Part shown: positions 9,367 to 19,293 of the stretch, piece by piece
How positions within the stretch are numbered: position 1 is the stretch's first letter
How the letters are laid out: each line of letters opens with the position of its first letter
NCBI GenBank assembly: GCA_020343435.1
Contig: CP070794.1
Location: forward strand, 126,413-190,412
Length of the DNA: 64,000 nt
Origin: an archaeon
GTDB lineage: Archaea; Nanobdellota; Nanobdellia; Pacearchaeales; UBA284
Reading direction: 5' to 3'
Notes under the pieces: model-generated
What the model was told of the DNA's origin: nothing
Database searches by the model: none
What the model saw: only the letters and a program-made list of their open reading frames with translations
Translations under genes and position numbers: made by a program

Positions 9367-11377
9367 ATTAAAAAACATAAGAAGTTTTGAAGAACAAGAA
9401 TTCAGATTTCCGGAAGGAAGAGTCCTTTTATCAGGGGATATTGGATCAGGAAAATCCACAGTTCTTCTAGGATTAGAATTTGCATTATTTGGATTACAAA
9501 CAGGATTTATAGCAGGAAATGATCTTTTAAGAAAAGGTAAAGATTATGGAGAAGTAGAAGCAGAGTTTGAAATTGATGGAAAACCCATATTTATACAAAG
9601 AAGTCTAAAAAGGAAAAAGAGATCAGTTACTCAAGATAAAGGATTTCTACAAATAGAAGATAAAAAAGAACAATTAAGTCCAGAAGAAATCAAAGCAAGA
9701 GTATTAGAATTAATGAAATATCCAGCCAGTTTACTGAAATCTAAAAGTAATTTGCTGTACAGATTCACATTATATACCCCACAAGAACAAATGAGGTTTA
9801 TTTTACAAGGAAAATCTGATGAGAGACTAAATACATTAAGAAGAATTTTTGGAATTGATAAATATAAGAACATTCTAACAAATTTAGATGTTTTCTCCTC
9901 GAAAATAAAAGAAAAAATAAAACTATTAGATTTACAAATAGAATATTTAGAAAAAGATAAGGAAAAACTAAAAGAAAATCAAGAGAAAATAGATCAAGAG
10001 AAACTAAAAATAGAAAAAATCAAACCATTAATAGAGTTAGTTAATAGAGATATAAAAAGAAAAGAAGAATTATCAGAACAAATAGAAGAAAAAATAAAGA
10101 AAATCAACCAATTAAAAACAGAAAATGCTTCTTTCAAAGCTGAACAATCCTCAACATTAAGACATTTAGAAGATATTAAGAAACAGATAGAAAATATTCA
10201 AGATCAAGAAGAAATAAAAATAGAAGATAAGAACTACCAACAAGAATTAGAAAAAATAAGTAAGGAACTAGAAGCATTATCTCAAAAATCAAAAGAATTA
10301 TTACTAAAAAAAGTTGAGAATAAAACTAAAAGAGAAGATTTCAAAGAAACTCATGAAAAAATCTCTTCTTTAAACATATGCCCAACATGTAAACAGCAAG
10401 TATCTGAAGATTATAAACAAAGATTTGGAGAGGATATCAAATTAAAAATAGAGGCTATAGCAAAAAACATTCAAAACCTAGATTCTCAAGAATTTGAAAT
10501 AAACACTAAAATAGAAAATATGAAATTAGATTTAAATAAATTAAGAGAAGAGGAAAAGAAAAATGCTGTAATAAAAGAAAAAGCTAAGTTCATAGAGGAA
10601 CAAAGGAAAAGAAAAACTAAACTTTTAGAAAATATGAATGAAATAACAAAAAGACAAGAGGATATTCTAAAGAACTTAAAAGAAAATGAAGAACAACTAA
10701 ACAAATTCTCAGATGTAGAACAAGCATATGAAGTTCTAAAACAAGAATTATCATCGTTAAAACAACAAGAAAGAGATTTTGCAATAGAAAAAGGAAGAGT
10801 TGAAAAAGAAATAGAATCTCTAACTAAAAGAATTGAAGAAATTAATAAAGAAATAATAAAAAAAGAAAAAATATACGATAGATCTAAAGAATTAAGAAAA
10901 ACAAATGAATGGATTTTAGATCATTTAACTCCTTTAATCTTAAAAATTGAAAAAAATGTTATGTTAGCAGTAAATATAGAGTTCAATAAGATGTTTAGTT
11001 CATGGTTCTCAATGTTAGCAGAGAACTTAACAGCTAGAATCAGTGAAGATTTTACACCAATAATAGAACAACAGGGTTATGAGATAAGTTATGAGGCATT
11101 AAGTGGAGGAGAAAGAACTGCAGCAGCACTAGCTTATAGATTAGCTCTAAATCAAATAATAAACAGTTTAATGTCCAAATTATCAACAAAAGGAATTCTT
11201 ATATTGGATGAACCAACAGATGGATTCTCGTCAGAACAGTTAGATAAAATGAAAGATATTCTTAACCAAATTGAAGTAAATCAATTATTATTAGTAAGCC
11301 ATGAAACTAAGATAGAGGATTTTGTTGAAAATATAATAAAATTCAGAAAAGAAAACGGAACTAGTTATATAAATTGA
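9347..11377 (+). CDS. rad50: DNA double-strand break repair ATPase Rad50
   Basis: Walker A GDIGSGKS, coiled coil with CPTC zinc hook, LSGGE, LDEPT, VSH. Confidence 0.93.
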   Translation: MKLKKIRLKNIRSFEEQEFRFPEGRVLLSGDIGSGKSTVLLGLEFALFGLQTGFIAGNDLLRKGKDYGEVEAEFEIDGKPIFIQRSLKRKKRSVTQDKGFLQIEDKKEQLSPEEIKARVLELMKYPASLLKSKSNLLYRFTLYTPQEQMRFILQGKSDERLNTLRRIFGIDKYKNILTNLDVFSSKIKEKIKLLDLQIEYLEKDKEKLKENQEKIDQEKLKIEKIKPLIELVNRDIKRKEELSEQIEEKIKKINQLKTENASFKAEQSSTLRHLEDIKKQIENIQDQEEIKIEDKNYQQELEKISKELEALSQKSKELLLKKVENKTKREDFKETHEKISSLNICPTCKQQVSEDYKQRFGEDIKLKIEAIAKNIQNLDSQEFEINTKIENMKLDLNKLREEEKKNAVIKEKAKFIEEQRKRKTKLLENMNEITKRQEDILKNLKENEEQLNKFSDVEQAYEVLKQELSSLKQQERDFAIEKGRVEKEIESLTKRIEEINKEIIKKEKIYDRSKELRKTNEWILDHLTPLILKIEKNVMLAVNIEFNKMFSSWFSMLAENLTARISEDFTPIIEQQGYEISYEALSGGERTAAALAYRLALNQIINSLMSKLSTKGILILDEPTDGFSSEQLDKMKDILNQIEVNQLLLVSHETKIEDFVENIIKFRKENGTSYIN

Positions 11378-12417
11378 AGACAAGCTCCAGATGCTGGGGG
11401 AATATGATAAGTTTCATTAGCTTCTACAAAAGTCATCTCAAGCCAAGAAGGAACTTTATTTGTTGCATCTACAATTTTAACCTCCGAATCCTCAGAACTA
11501 AAGTAAGAATGATCAACAAGACTTTTACCAGGCATTAAAGTACGCCCAACTTTAACCCCATGTATTATGCTCTCAATACCAGATTCTGTATCTTGAGCAT
11601 CAAACTGGCCTTTTAATCTACTTAGATAATTTGGGGCATTGGGACTATATGCATAAAATGAACTAGTATAATCAGGTTCCTGAGCACCATCTGCCCATGT
11701 TCTTTCTAAATGCATGCTTAAATTAGTTCCATTACAAGTTCCAGTACTATTATTAACAAAAGATGTATATGGTGTTCTTTTGATTAAACTAACAACATCT
11801 CTTCCAAATTCTCTGGTATAGAAAGGATCTTCTAAATTATATAATGGAATTTTTCCTTCTACAACAGCATATCTGTCCCATACAGCATTAAGTTCATCAT
11901 CTTCAATAACATAGTGAAGAGTAACATTCATATCAATTGCCCATGGAGTAGATTGACCTATGCTCACCCCAATATCATCTATATCTAAATCCCGGAATTC
12001 TAAATTAATCCCTTGTTTACTTGCTCTATCTATGATACTCCCCTGCCAATCCGCTAGAGTCATCCCTTCTAGAAATCTGGAGCCATCATAACCTTCAATA
12101 ATAAGTTCTCCATTGATAAAAGCATCTTTAAAAACCACATCATAGTCCACACTCAAAGGGATATAATCCTCTGCTGAAGAAATATAATCTAATAATCCTA
12201 AAACAGTCCTATATCCTGAAATATAAATTGCTCTTTCAGCATCTTTTTCTACAGACTCTACAAAACTATTTGTGGTTAGAACTCTGGTTCTAATTGATTC
12301 TTTAGTATACTCTCTTCTGTAAGAAAAAGAAACTAATAATAATAGAGTTATAAGAAAAAGAACTGTTAAAGTAAAGAAAAATGCTTTTTTATTTTTCATA
12401 AATTTTTTATTTTTCAT
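11365..12417 (-). CDS. pilin-like/pilus-associated protein with class III signal peptide
   Basis: KKA-FFFTLTVLFLITLLLL; start ATG 12417 or 12399 (ATGAAAAATAAAAAA is duplicated). Confidence 0.75.
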   Translation of the reverse strand: MKNKKFMKNKKAFFFTLTVLFLITLLLLVSFSYRREYTKESIRTRVLTTNSFVESVEKDAERAIYISGYRTVLGLLDYISSAEDYIPLSVDYDVVFKDAFINGELIIEGYDGSRFLEGMTLADWQGSIIDRASKQGINLEFRDLDIDDIGVSIGQSTPWAIDMNVTLHYVIEDDELNAVWDRYAVVEGKIPLYNLEDPFYTREFGRDVVSLIKRTPYTSFVNNSTGTCNGTNLSMHLERTWADGAQEPDYTSSFYAYSPNAPNYLSRLKGQFDAQDTESGIESIIHGVKVGRTLMPGKSLVDHSYFSSEDSEVKIVDATNKVPSWLEMTFVEANETYHIPPASGACLQFI

Positions 12418-12418
12418 T

Positions 12419-15400
12419 TTATCTCCAAGCCATTGTTTTTGCAATGGTGAAATGTAAAAAAGGAATTCCTGGAACTAAAACAGCATTAATTCCTAACTCT
12501 GTATTGAATTGGATGTCAGACATATTATTCTTAGGATTCTGATCAAGAATGTCATTTAAAAGGTTAAAAACTGCGACATCATAAGCTTCATCTTCATCAT
12601 ATTTTATGTTTGGAGGCCCCAAAGTTTTTGAAAAAGTACAGGTCTCTGTAGGATTTGTACCTGCAGGAACTGCTAATTCAAAAGTTCCTCCAGGAAGATC
12701 AGGATTTGAAGGATCTTGATATTGGATAGTCCATATACAACCCTCTCCAACCTTATTTACAGCCCCGCTATATGAAAAAGTTGGAGGAATAAATAATGTA
12801 TAAATTATCTTACTTGAATCATCTGGAGGAGTTTCATTATATGAACTATTTGTTCCAAAAACTAAACCAACTTCATTTACAGTGGGCCCTTTTGAAATTC
12901 TTTCTACAGGAATATTAATTGTGAAAGGATCTCCTAATGTGATATATGTTTCATTCCATTTAGTTAAATTAAAGAAAGTTAAGTTATGTGTTGTGTTTTG
13001 TATAAAAGATTCTCTGCTCCATAAGTCTCCAGAATAGGAGATAACTGATGCTTCAAAAGGATCTCCAGTTGCAAAAGTAAAACTATCCATCCCTCCTGAG
13101 AAACCATCTGTTTCATAACTTATAAGATCCCCAAAAAGAGAGTTTCCATCAGTATCCCAACCATTATCCTCAAAATCATAACCAAAAGTTACTGTACCAT
13201 TACTAAGATTAGATTTTGCACTTCCTATTACAATGATAACTGATTGATTAGCATAAGTAAGTCTCAAGATTTCTTGTGCCCACTCTCTAAAAATTATCCT
13301 TAGTTCTGAAGCATTATTACTCAAGAAATAATCTCCCTCTCCTTCTTCAGCAATTCTCATCATTAAATCTTGAGCAATAGGACAGAAGGCTATTGGACCA
13401 AATCCAACAGCATATATTGTTGCATTAGCTGTGTTATGGCCCCTAGTTGCTTCACTTATAGATTGATCTATTGACTTTTGATTTACCCAGTCCCCACATA
13501 TCATTAACCAAGAAGAAGCTGAAGAAGAGTAATAATGACTATAAAATCCTTGGGTGTGAGAATTTGTAATTCCTGAAATAATGTACCATTTATTCTCTAT
13601 TAAATTATAAGCTAAATCTGGTGAAGGCCCTTGTCCTCCAGGAGCATCACTTAAATCTAAACCAAAAGCAATAGTATCAGTTCTTGTCCAACCTGTTCCA
13701 TTCCAGAAGAAACCATAATAATCACTACCACTAGATCCAGTAACTAATTCCCATTCTCCTGTACCAGTAATATTAAATCCAGTTGTTGGAGCACTATTAG
13801 TTCCAATATCTCCTGGAGGGGCTAAAGAATCGTCTCTTTCCCAACCTGTTCCATTCCAGAAGAAACTAGCAAAAGAACCATCATCCATCCCAGAAATAAG
13901 CACCCATTTTCCATTACCTGTAAGATTAAAAACAACAGTGGGATCAGCTTGAGTCCTTGAGGCTATAGTTAAACCACCAACCAAGGTAGAATTTGAAACC
14001 CAACTATCACCATCCCAAGAAAATCCTGCAAAACTACCGTTATACAAACCAAAGATCAAATCATGTTTATTAGTCCCAGAAAATTCATATAATAATTCTG
14101 GGGCAGGGTAAGTATTTGAACCTAAGTTAGACAAACCACTTATAACAGATGGTGTAAGGACCCATCTTAATCCATTCCACTCATGACCATAAACATTACC
14201 TGCTTTATCTCCTACAACCAGATTCCACTTTCCATTTCCTCTTAAGTCATAAGTAACAGCAACTTTTGCAGATTGGCCACTTGTTATCTGAGCAACACGA
14301 TCATGACAACCAACACCACAATCAACCCCCTCACAAAAATCATCATCGGGACATCTCTCAGAAATACATCCTGGATCAACACGATCAATATCTGTTTCAT
14401 TACAATGAACATTTGTTAAACCATCTGCTAAAACTAAAATAAAACTTGGTCTATCTTGTTCTTCAGGAGGTCTTGCTTCCAACATCAATCTTGCTTTTCT
14501 CAAACCTGCACAAACAGGAGTATCCCCACCAGTTGCATAACCATTAAGATCACTTACAAGAGTTACATTATTATTAGTGAGTCCTGTAGAATACTGGATA
14601 ACGTTTGGAGTTGTTGCTCCCCCTGGAGTTGAACCAGGTCTTGCGCTATATCCAACCAGTCCAACTCTATTCTCAGAATGTTCTAAAAGTATATTTAAGA
14701 ACTCTATAGCCAAACATTTTGCAACATTTAATCTCCTTCTTCCTGGAAGAAAGATTGGATTATCAGGATCTGAAAGATTGCCACACGCTATATTTTGATC
14801 TCCATTTTTATAGTCTTTGTCCATCCTCCATATCATACTACCAGAAACATCCATAACAACAATTACGTCTGCTGGTCCCCTGCCCCCAATTTGTGCTTCT
14901 ATTTCTTCTATTCCCACTCTAAAAGGAACATTTTCTTTGCTAATATCTAAATAAGTTATACCTTGTTCTGATAAAAGTTTACTTGAGATAGTAGAATTAG
15001 TTATTTGTACAGAATTATATCCTTTTTTATTTCCCCTTTCATCTCTCCATACAGTAACATTTCCTATCTTTACAAAAGGAGTTGTATTCTCTTCCTGCTC
15101 ATATTCTAAATTAATAACCACGTTTGTTAAATTCCCAGGAATGTAGAAAGAATCATAGATATTCATAGATCCATTAATAAATGGAAGATATTTTGTTTCT
15201 GGTAACAAGTATGAAACGCTTCCAGTAGTATATTTTATTTTTAAGAAACCTCCAGCAATGTAAAGAGATCTATTATACGTTGTTGTATTAAATTTGATTT
15301 CATTAATCCCCCCATTAAAATAAGGGTCAATAGGATCTGGAAATTGCCCCCCATCTAAAGAGATAGGACAATGTTTACATGTAGATGGAGAAAAGGTTTC

Positions 15401-16123
15401 AGGGAACAAACGATCATTTACAGATATTTGAAAAGTGTCTCCCATGATCACTCCCTCAAAAGATAAAGAAGTTACATTGATATCCAAAGGTAAATCAAAT
15501 CTTTGAGTTATGTTTCCATCTCCAACATATCCCCCAAAATAAACATATTTTGTTTTCTCTGGTCTATAAAGATAAGCTCTTGAAGAATAACCTTTAACAG
15601 GTTGTTCATAAGCAATCCCACTCATATGTTTTTTAGCAGCAACTACATCTCTTGAATTTGCAAAAGGAATATTGCTTTTAGACCATATTTCAATTAAAAC
15701 AGTTCCAGAAGGGTCTGGAGCTTCAAAATAAAGACCAATATTGTCTTCTTCTGTTGTTATGCTATCAAAAAAACTTTCAGTGATCTCTCCACTAATATTA
15801 TTTGCAGGGGTTTGACCATAATGGGTCGCCCAAATTTTACCAATTGTATCTATTAGATTATCTTTATCTTCCAAAATCTCTATTCGAACAGAATTATTTA
15901 ATTGAGAAATGTTTCCATTTATTAAAGAATTGTTTATACTTACTGTATTGAGATTTGAGAGAAGAGTCAACATATCTTCTTGTAAATAAGAGGTTCTATG
16001 TTTTTCAGGAACATCTCCAACATATGCAAAAGGAACTAAGATAATCACAGATAACAAGATTACCAAAGCAAAAAGAGCATCCAGAGTAAAAAAATACCCC
16101 CTCTTTTGTTTTAGTTTTTTCAT
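12419..16123 (-). CDS. large pilin-like adhesin: class III signal peptide, vWA domain, inserted Cys-rich and FG-GAP-like repeats
   Basis: Likely start ATG 16123 (MKKLKQKRG-YFFTLDA); MIDAS DVSGS, GDTP, VLADG, IYAVGFG; five ~51-aa repeats. Confidence 0.8.
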   Translation of the reverse strand: MKKLKQKRGYFFTLDALFALVILLSVIILVPFAYVGDVPEKHRTSYLQEDMLTLLSNLNTVSINNSLINGNISQLNNSVRIEILEDKDNLIDTIGKIWATHYGQTPANNISGEITESFFDSITTEEDNIGLYFEAPDPSGTVLIEIWSKSNIPFANSRDVVAAKKHMSGIAYEQPVKGYSSRAYLYRPEKTKYVYFGGYVGDGNITQRFDLPLDINVTSLSFEGVIMGDTFQISVNDRLFPETFSPSTCKHCPISLDGGQFPDPIDPYFNGGINEIKFNTTTYNRSLYIAGGFLKIKYTTGSVSYLLPETKYLPFINGSMNIYDSFYIPGNLTNVVINLEYEQEENTTPFVKIGNVTVWRDERGNKKGYNSVQITNSTISSKLLSEQGITYLDISKENVPFRVGIEEIEAQIGGRGPADVIVVMDVSGSMIWRMDKDYKNGDQNIACGNLSDPDNPIFLPGRRRLNVAKCLAIEFLNILLEHSENRVGLVGYSARPGSTPGGATTPNVIQYSTGLTNNNVTLVSDLNGYATGGDTPVCAGLRKARLMLEARPPEEQDRPSFILVLADGLTNVHCNETDIDRVDPGCISERCPDDDFCEGVDCGVGCHDRVAQITSGQSAKVAVTYDLRGNGKWNLVVGDKAGNVYGHEWNGLRWVLTPSVISGLSNLGSNTYPAPELLYEFSGTNKHDLIFGLYNGSFAGFSWDGDSWVSNSTLVGGLTIASRTQADPTVVFNLTGNGKWVLISGMDDGSFASFFWNGTGWERDDSLAPPGDIGTNSAPTTGFNITGTGEWELVTGSSGSDYYGFFWNGTGWTRTDTIAFGLDLSDAPGGQGPSPDLAYNLIENKWYIISGITNSHTQGFYSHYYSSSASSWLMICGDWVNQKSIDQSISEATRGHNTANATIYAVGFGPIAFCPIAQDLMMRIAEEGEGDYFLSNNASELRIIFREWAQEILRLTYANQSVIIVIGSAKSNLSNGTVTFGYDFEDNGWDTDGNSLFGDLISYETDGFSGGMDSFTFATGDPFEASVISYSGDLWSRESFIQNTTHNLTFFNLTKWNETYITLGDPFTINIPVERISKGPTVNEVGLVFGTNSSYNETPPDDSSKIIYTLFIPPTFSYSGAVNKVGEGCIWTIQYQDPSNPDLPGGTFELAVPAGTNPTETCTFSKTLGPPNIKYDEDEAYDVAVFNLLNDILDQNPKNNMSDIQFNTELGINAVLVPGIPFLHFTIAKTMAWR
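13688..13866. repeat. 26-bp identical direct repeat (13688-13713 and 13841-13866) within the adhesin repeats
   Basis: CCAACCTGTTCCATTCCAGAAGAAAC twice, 153 bp apart, encoding FFWNGTGW. Confidence 0.9.
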
Positions 16124-16124
16124 T

Positions 16125-16718
16125 TTAAGCTTTTTCAAAAGACCATAAATAAATAACCATCCTTAAAGGAATGGTAATGTTACTTTCATTCTTATAAGCA
16201 ACTAAACGTTCTATTTTAACAAGTTGTGTTGGATTCTTACCTTGTATTGTATTTCCTGCTCCAGAACAACCCCCAGGATCTGGAATTAATCTTGGAACCG
16301 GGGGGTCACTATAAAAATCCTCCATATTATCAAAAAATTGTATGAAAAAAGATGATTGGGTTCCAAACTTTTCTTTAACACCTGAATAATAGTTTTCGCT
16401 CCAATCACAAAATTTTGTCCATTTCGCTGGATCCAATGTATTATCAGTAATTAATCCAAATTGATAAATATCTTCAAGGTTCTCTGGACTAAGCGTAATT
16501 TCTTCCCATCCTGGAGGGGTCCCATTAATTAATAGAGAATTTGATATATATCTTCCTTCTCTCACCATCCTACTAACAATGTTTTGTTCAGGAACAAAAC
16601 TTACAGAATAACGATAGAAAAGAAAAATAATCATAACAAAAACCATTAGACCAATAGCTAAGTCAAGAGCCCAAACTTGAGCTTTTTTATTTTTTCTTGA
16701 GAGATTTAAGTTTGGCAA
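16125..16718 (-). CDS. pilin-like protein with class III signal peptide
   Basis: KKA-QVWALDLAIGLMVF; G.P.GW motif. Confidence 0.8.
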   Translation of the reverse strand: MPNLNLSRKNKKAQVWALDLAIGLMVFVMIIFLFYRYSVSFVPEQNIVSRMVREGRYISNSLLINGTPPGWEEITLSPENLEDIYQFGLITDNTLDPAKWTKFCDWSENYYSGVKEKFGTQSSFFIQFFDNMEDFYSDPPVPRLIPDPGGCSGAGNTIQGKNPTQLVKIERLVAYKNESNITIPLRMVIYLWSFEKA

Positions 16719-17140
16719 TCTAATTTTAATTCCTCCTGTTCTCCAGCTTCTCTAATCTTTTCTATAGTAACTGTTCCCCCTGGAATAAGAGGTTCCACAT
16801 CATTAATATAAGGTGTTCCTCTCGACGCTGTGAATTTAGTTTCACTCCCTCTTAAAGTTTTAACTACAAAACCATATCCAGAATCAGACATTAAGATAGA
16901 ATACTCTTTTCCAGTAATTTTTTTAGGTAATGTAAACTCTCTAGAATAATTTGGAGGGGATCCCGAAGCTAAAGTTATTTCTTGTTGTAGAAAATTTGCA
17001 AAATCATTTAAAGATTCTTGTTCATTTTTCTCTCTTGCTAAAGAAGTATTAAAATTAGCTGAAGCAATCATTATTACTACTAAAAAAATAACTGCTGAGA
17101 CTAATAATGTGAATTCAATTGTTACTTGTCCTTTTTTCAT
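16706..17140 (-). CDS. pilin-like protein with class III signal peptide
   Basis: KKG-QVTIEFTLL (QxxxE type). Confidence 0.85.
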   Translation of the reverse strand: MKKGQVTIEFTLLVSAVIFLVVIMIASANFNTSLAREKNEQESLNDFANFLQQEITLASGSPPNYSREFTLPKKITGKEYSILMSDSGYGFVVKTLRGSETKFTASRGTPYINDVEPLIPGGTVTIEKIREAGEQEELKLDCQT

Positions 17141-17141
17141 T

Positions 17142-17600
17142 TTATTGATTTGTTTTGGTTACCTCAACATAAATCCCATTAGAATCATTCTTTGCTTCCA
17201 AAGTCAGAGTCTTAAAACCTGCCTTAGATAAACTGGTTTGGACACCCCCTCCATCCTCTATTCTTCCTTGAGTATCATAAATCATATCTGATCTCGCTGT
17301 TCCTTTGATAGTAACTTTAAAATGGATGCCAAAAGGGGAAGTATCTAGAAACTCTACACTATAAACGCTCTCAGGAATAGTTACTTGAATTGTTGCCTTA
17401 GAAGGAGGACCTAAAAAGTAAATTGAATCGGCAGCTTCAGCAATTTTTTTTCCAGCTTTATCAACAGTATTGACTTTTATTTGAGTTTTTGCTGTTCCAG
17501 AATAATAGTAAGCGATACCTATTATGGCTATTAAAAGGAAAGTAATAAAACCAATAAGTAAAGCGAACTCTACACTTACCTGACCTCTTTTTTTTCTCAT
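17142..17600 (-). CDS. pilin-like protein with class III signal peptide
   Basis: KRG-QVSVEFALL (QxSxE type). Confidence 0.88.
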   Translation of the reverse strand: MRKKRGQVSVEFALLIGFITFLLIAIIGIAYYYSGTAKTQIKVNTVDKAGKKIAEAADSIYFLGPPSKATIQVTIPESVYSVEFLDTSPFGIHFKVTIKGTARSDMIYDTQGRIEDGGGVQTSLSKAGFKTLTLEAKNDSNGIYVEVTKTNQ

Positions 17601-17682
17601 AATTTCAAAGTAAGGTTTATAAAATACCTTTTCTTTTTAAACTGTGTAAAAAAAGAGGCTGTGATTTATAAATCTTACTAGA
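17601..17682. promoter_or_regulatory. divergent promoter region between the pilin operon and the pilus motor operon
   Basis: 82-bp intergenic gap with TTTATAAA elements near 17616 and 17664, the latter within palindromic GATTTATAAATC. Confidence 0.5.
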
Positions 17683-19293
17683 ATGGATTACCAAAAGAAA
17701 CTGAAAAAAAAGTATGGTGAAACATATCTTCGGGAAGTATTCAATGAGAGAGTCACAAAAATTTTAATTTTAGAAACATATAGGGGAACTATTTTTATTG
17801 AACTTTTCCATAAAGATATCCCTTTGATTAAAGATGTTATCTCTAGTGTTCTTTTGGGGGAACTTGATGGGATGGTATTTTACAATTGTAATCCTTACTT
17901 CTTACAATTAAGAAAAAGTGCTGAAGAAAAAAAGATGTCTGATAGGATTCTTAGACCCTACTTACAAAACATAAAGGGAACTGTTGGTTTGGTAAGTTCG
18001 AAAAGAAATGCACAGAAATCTTTACTAGATCATTTTTACATTTGTTTATCTGATGTTCCTGAAATCGATGGAGAATATACTATAATTGGAAAGGTGGTTC
18101 GTGGTTTTGATATTTTAACTAAGGTATGGAATGGTAATACTATAAGAAGAGCATACATAGAAAAAGGATTTGTTGGAAAAGAACCAACAATTAAGAGGTT
18201 GGGAGCACTATACTGGGTTGGTTTAGCAACAATTTTATTTTATGCGTTCTGGTTATTATCAAGAAATCTTGTTTCATTACAAAATTTCCAAAAATCTATT
18301 TTTGGAAGTGTTTTTACAGAAACGCTATCCAAAGGAAACGCGATATTTATTCTGATAGTGGGAATAATTCTGATAATCTTTGCTTTAACAGTAAGTGGAT
18401 TAAGTGCGAGAGTGAAAGTTGGAGAAACACCAACAGCCCTAAAAGAGAGAGACGAAGAGAAAAAGATGTTGATGAAAGTTAGAGAAAAGAGATTAAAGAT
18501 GATGGAGACGTTGAGAAAGAAAGAAAAAAGTAAAACCCCGGTTTTTAAGAAAGAAGTTAGAGAGGAAGATAAAGGAGGAAAAAGACTGGAAAAAGAGAAA
18601 AGAGAGATTGAAGAACTTAGAAAGAAGTTAGAGAGAGAAAAGAAAGAATTTGAGGAGCGTCTTAGAAAACAAAAAGTTCCTTCAAAAGCAGAATTAAGAG
18701 AATTAAGTAAAGGAAAGGAGGAAAAAGAGAGATTAAAGAAGGAGAGATTAAGACTAAGAGAAATAAAAGCTAAAAGAAAAGCTAAGGAAGAAGAGAAAAA
18801 GAGGAGAGAAGAAGAAAAGATTAAGATAAGAGAGGCTAAGATAAGAGAAAAGAAAGCTAGAGAAAAGGCAAGAGAAGACGCTAAGAAAAAAGCAGAGGAA
18901 GAAAGACAGAAGATTAAAGAGGCTAAGATAAGAGAAAAGAAAGAAAGGATTAAGAAGACTGTGAAAGAAAAGAATAAAGAAGAACAGAAAGAGAGGAAAA
19001 AGATGGTACAAGTAATGGAAAAACACATAGATACTAAAAAAGAGATTAAAAAGAAACTAAAAGAAGAAATTAAAAGAGAAGTATTACCAAGAATTGCTCA
19101 AAAAACTGAGACACAATTAGATATTTTATATGATCTTTTAGAAAAATATAAAACACTAAAATTAGATTATATTATGAAAACATTTGAGATTAGTAAAGAA
19201 GAAGCAATAGAGTGGTGTAATATTCTTGTTGAAAATGGTCTTGCTGAATTAAAATATCCTGCATTTGGAGAGCCCCTTTTAATTAAAAAATGA
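17683..19293 (+). CDS. degenerate cyclophilin-like domain + 2 TM + charged coiled coil + C-terminal winged-helix-like domain
   Basis: LETYRGTIFIELF, GTVGL, HFYICL...DGEYTIIGKVVRG cyclophilin pattern; K/E/R-rich stalk; EW..IL...GL....YP.FGEP terminus. Confidence 0.7.
   Translation: MDYQKKLKKKYGETYLREVFNERVTKILILETYRGTIFIELFHKDIPLIKDVISSVLLGELDGMVFYNCNPYFLQLRKSAEEKKMSDRILRPYLQNIKGTVGLVSSKRNAQKSLLDHFYICLSDVPEIDGEYTIIGKVVRGFDILTKVWNGNTIRRAYIEKGFVGKEPTIKRLGALYWVGLATILFYAFWLLSRNLVSLQNFQKSIFGSVFTETLSKGNAIFILIVGIILIIFALTVSGLSARVKVGETPTALKERDEEKKMLMKVREKRLKMMETLRKKEKSKTPVFKKEVREEDKGGKRLEKEKREIEELRKKLEREKKEFEERLRKQKVPSKAELRELSKGKEEKERLKKERLRLREIKAKRKAKEEEKKRREEEKIKIREAKIREKKAREKAREDAKKKAEEERQKIKEAKIREKKERIKKTVKEKNKEEQKERKKMVQVMEKHIDTKKEIKKKLKEEIKREVLPRIAQKTETQLDILYDLLEKYKTLKLDYIMKTFEISKEEAIEWCNILVENGLAELKYPAFGEPLLIKK
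18831..18943. repeat. 26-bp direct repeat in the coiled-coil coding region
   Basis: AGAGGCTAAGATAAGAGAAAAGAAAG at 18831 and 18918 (EAKIREKK twice). Confidence 0.8.

Noticed and set aside
13688..13866. 26-bp direct repeats as a possible CRISPR array or att site
   Set aside because: Only two copies, in frame within protein repeats, with no cas genes or integrase
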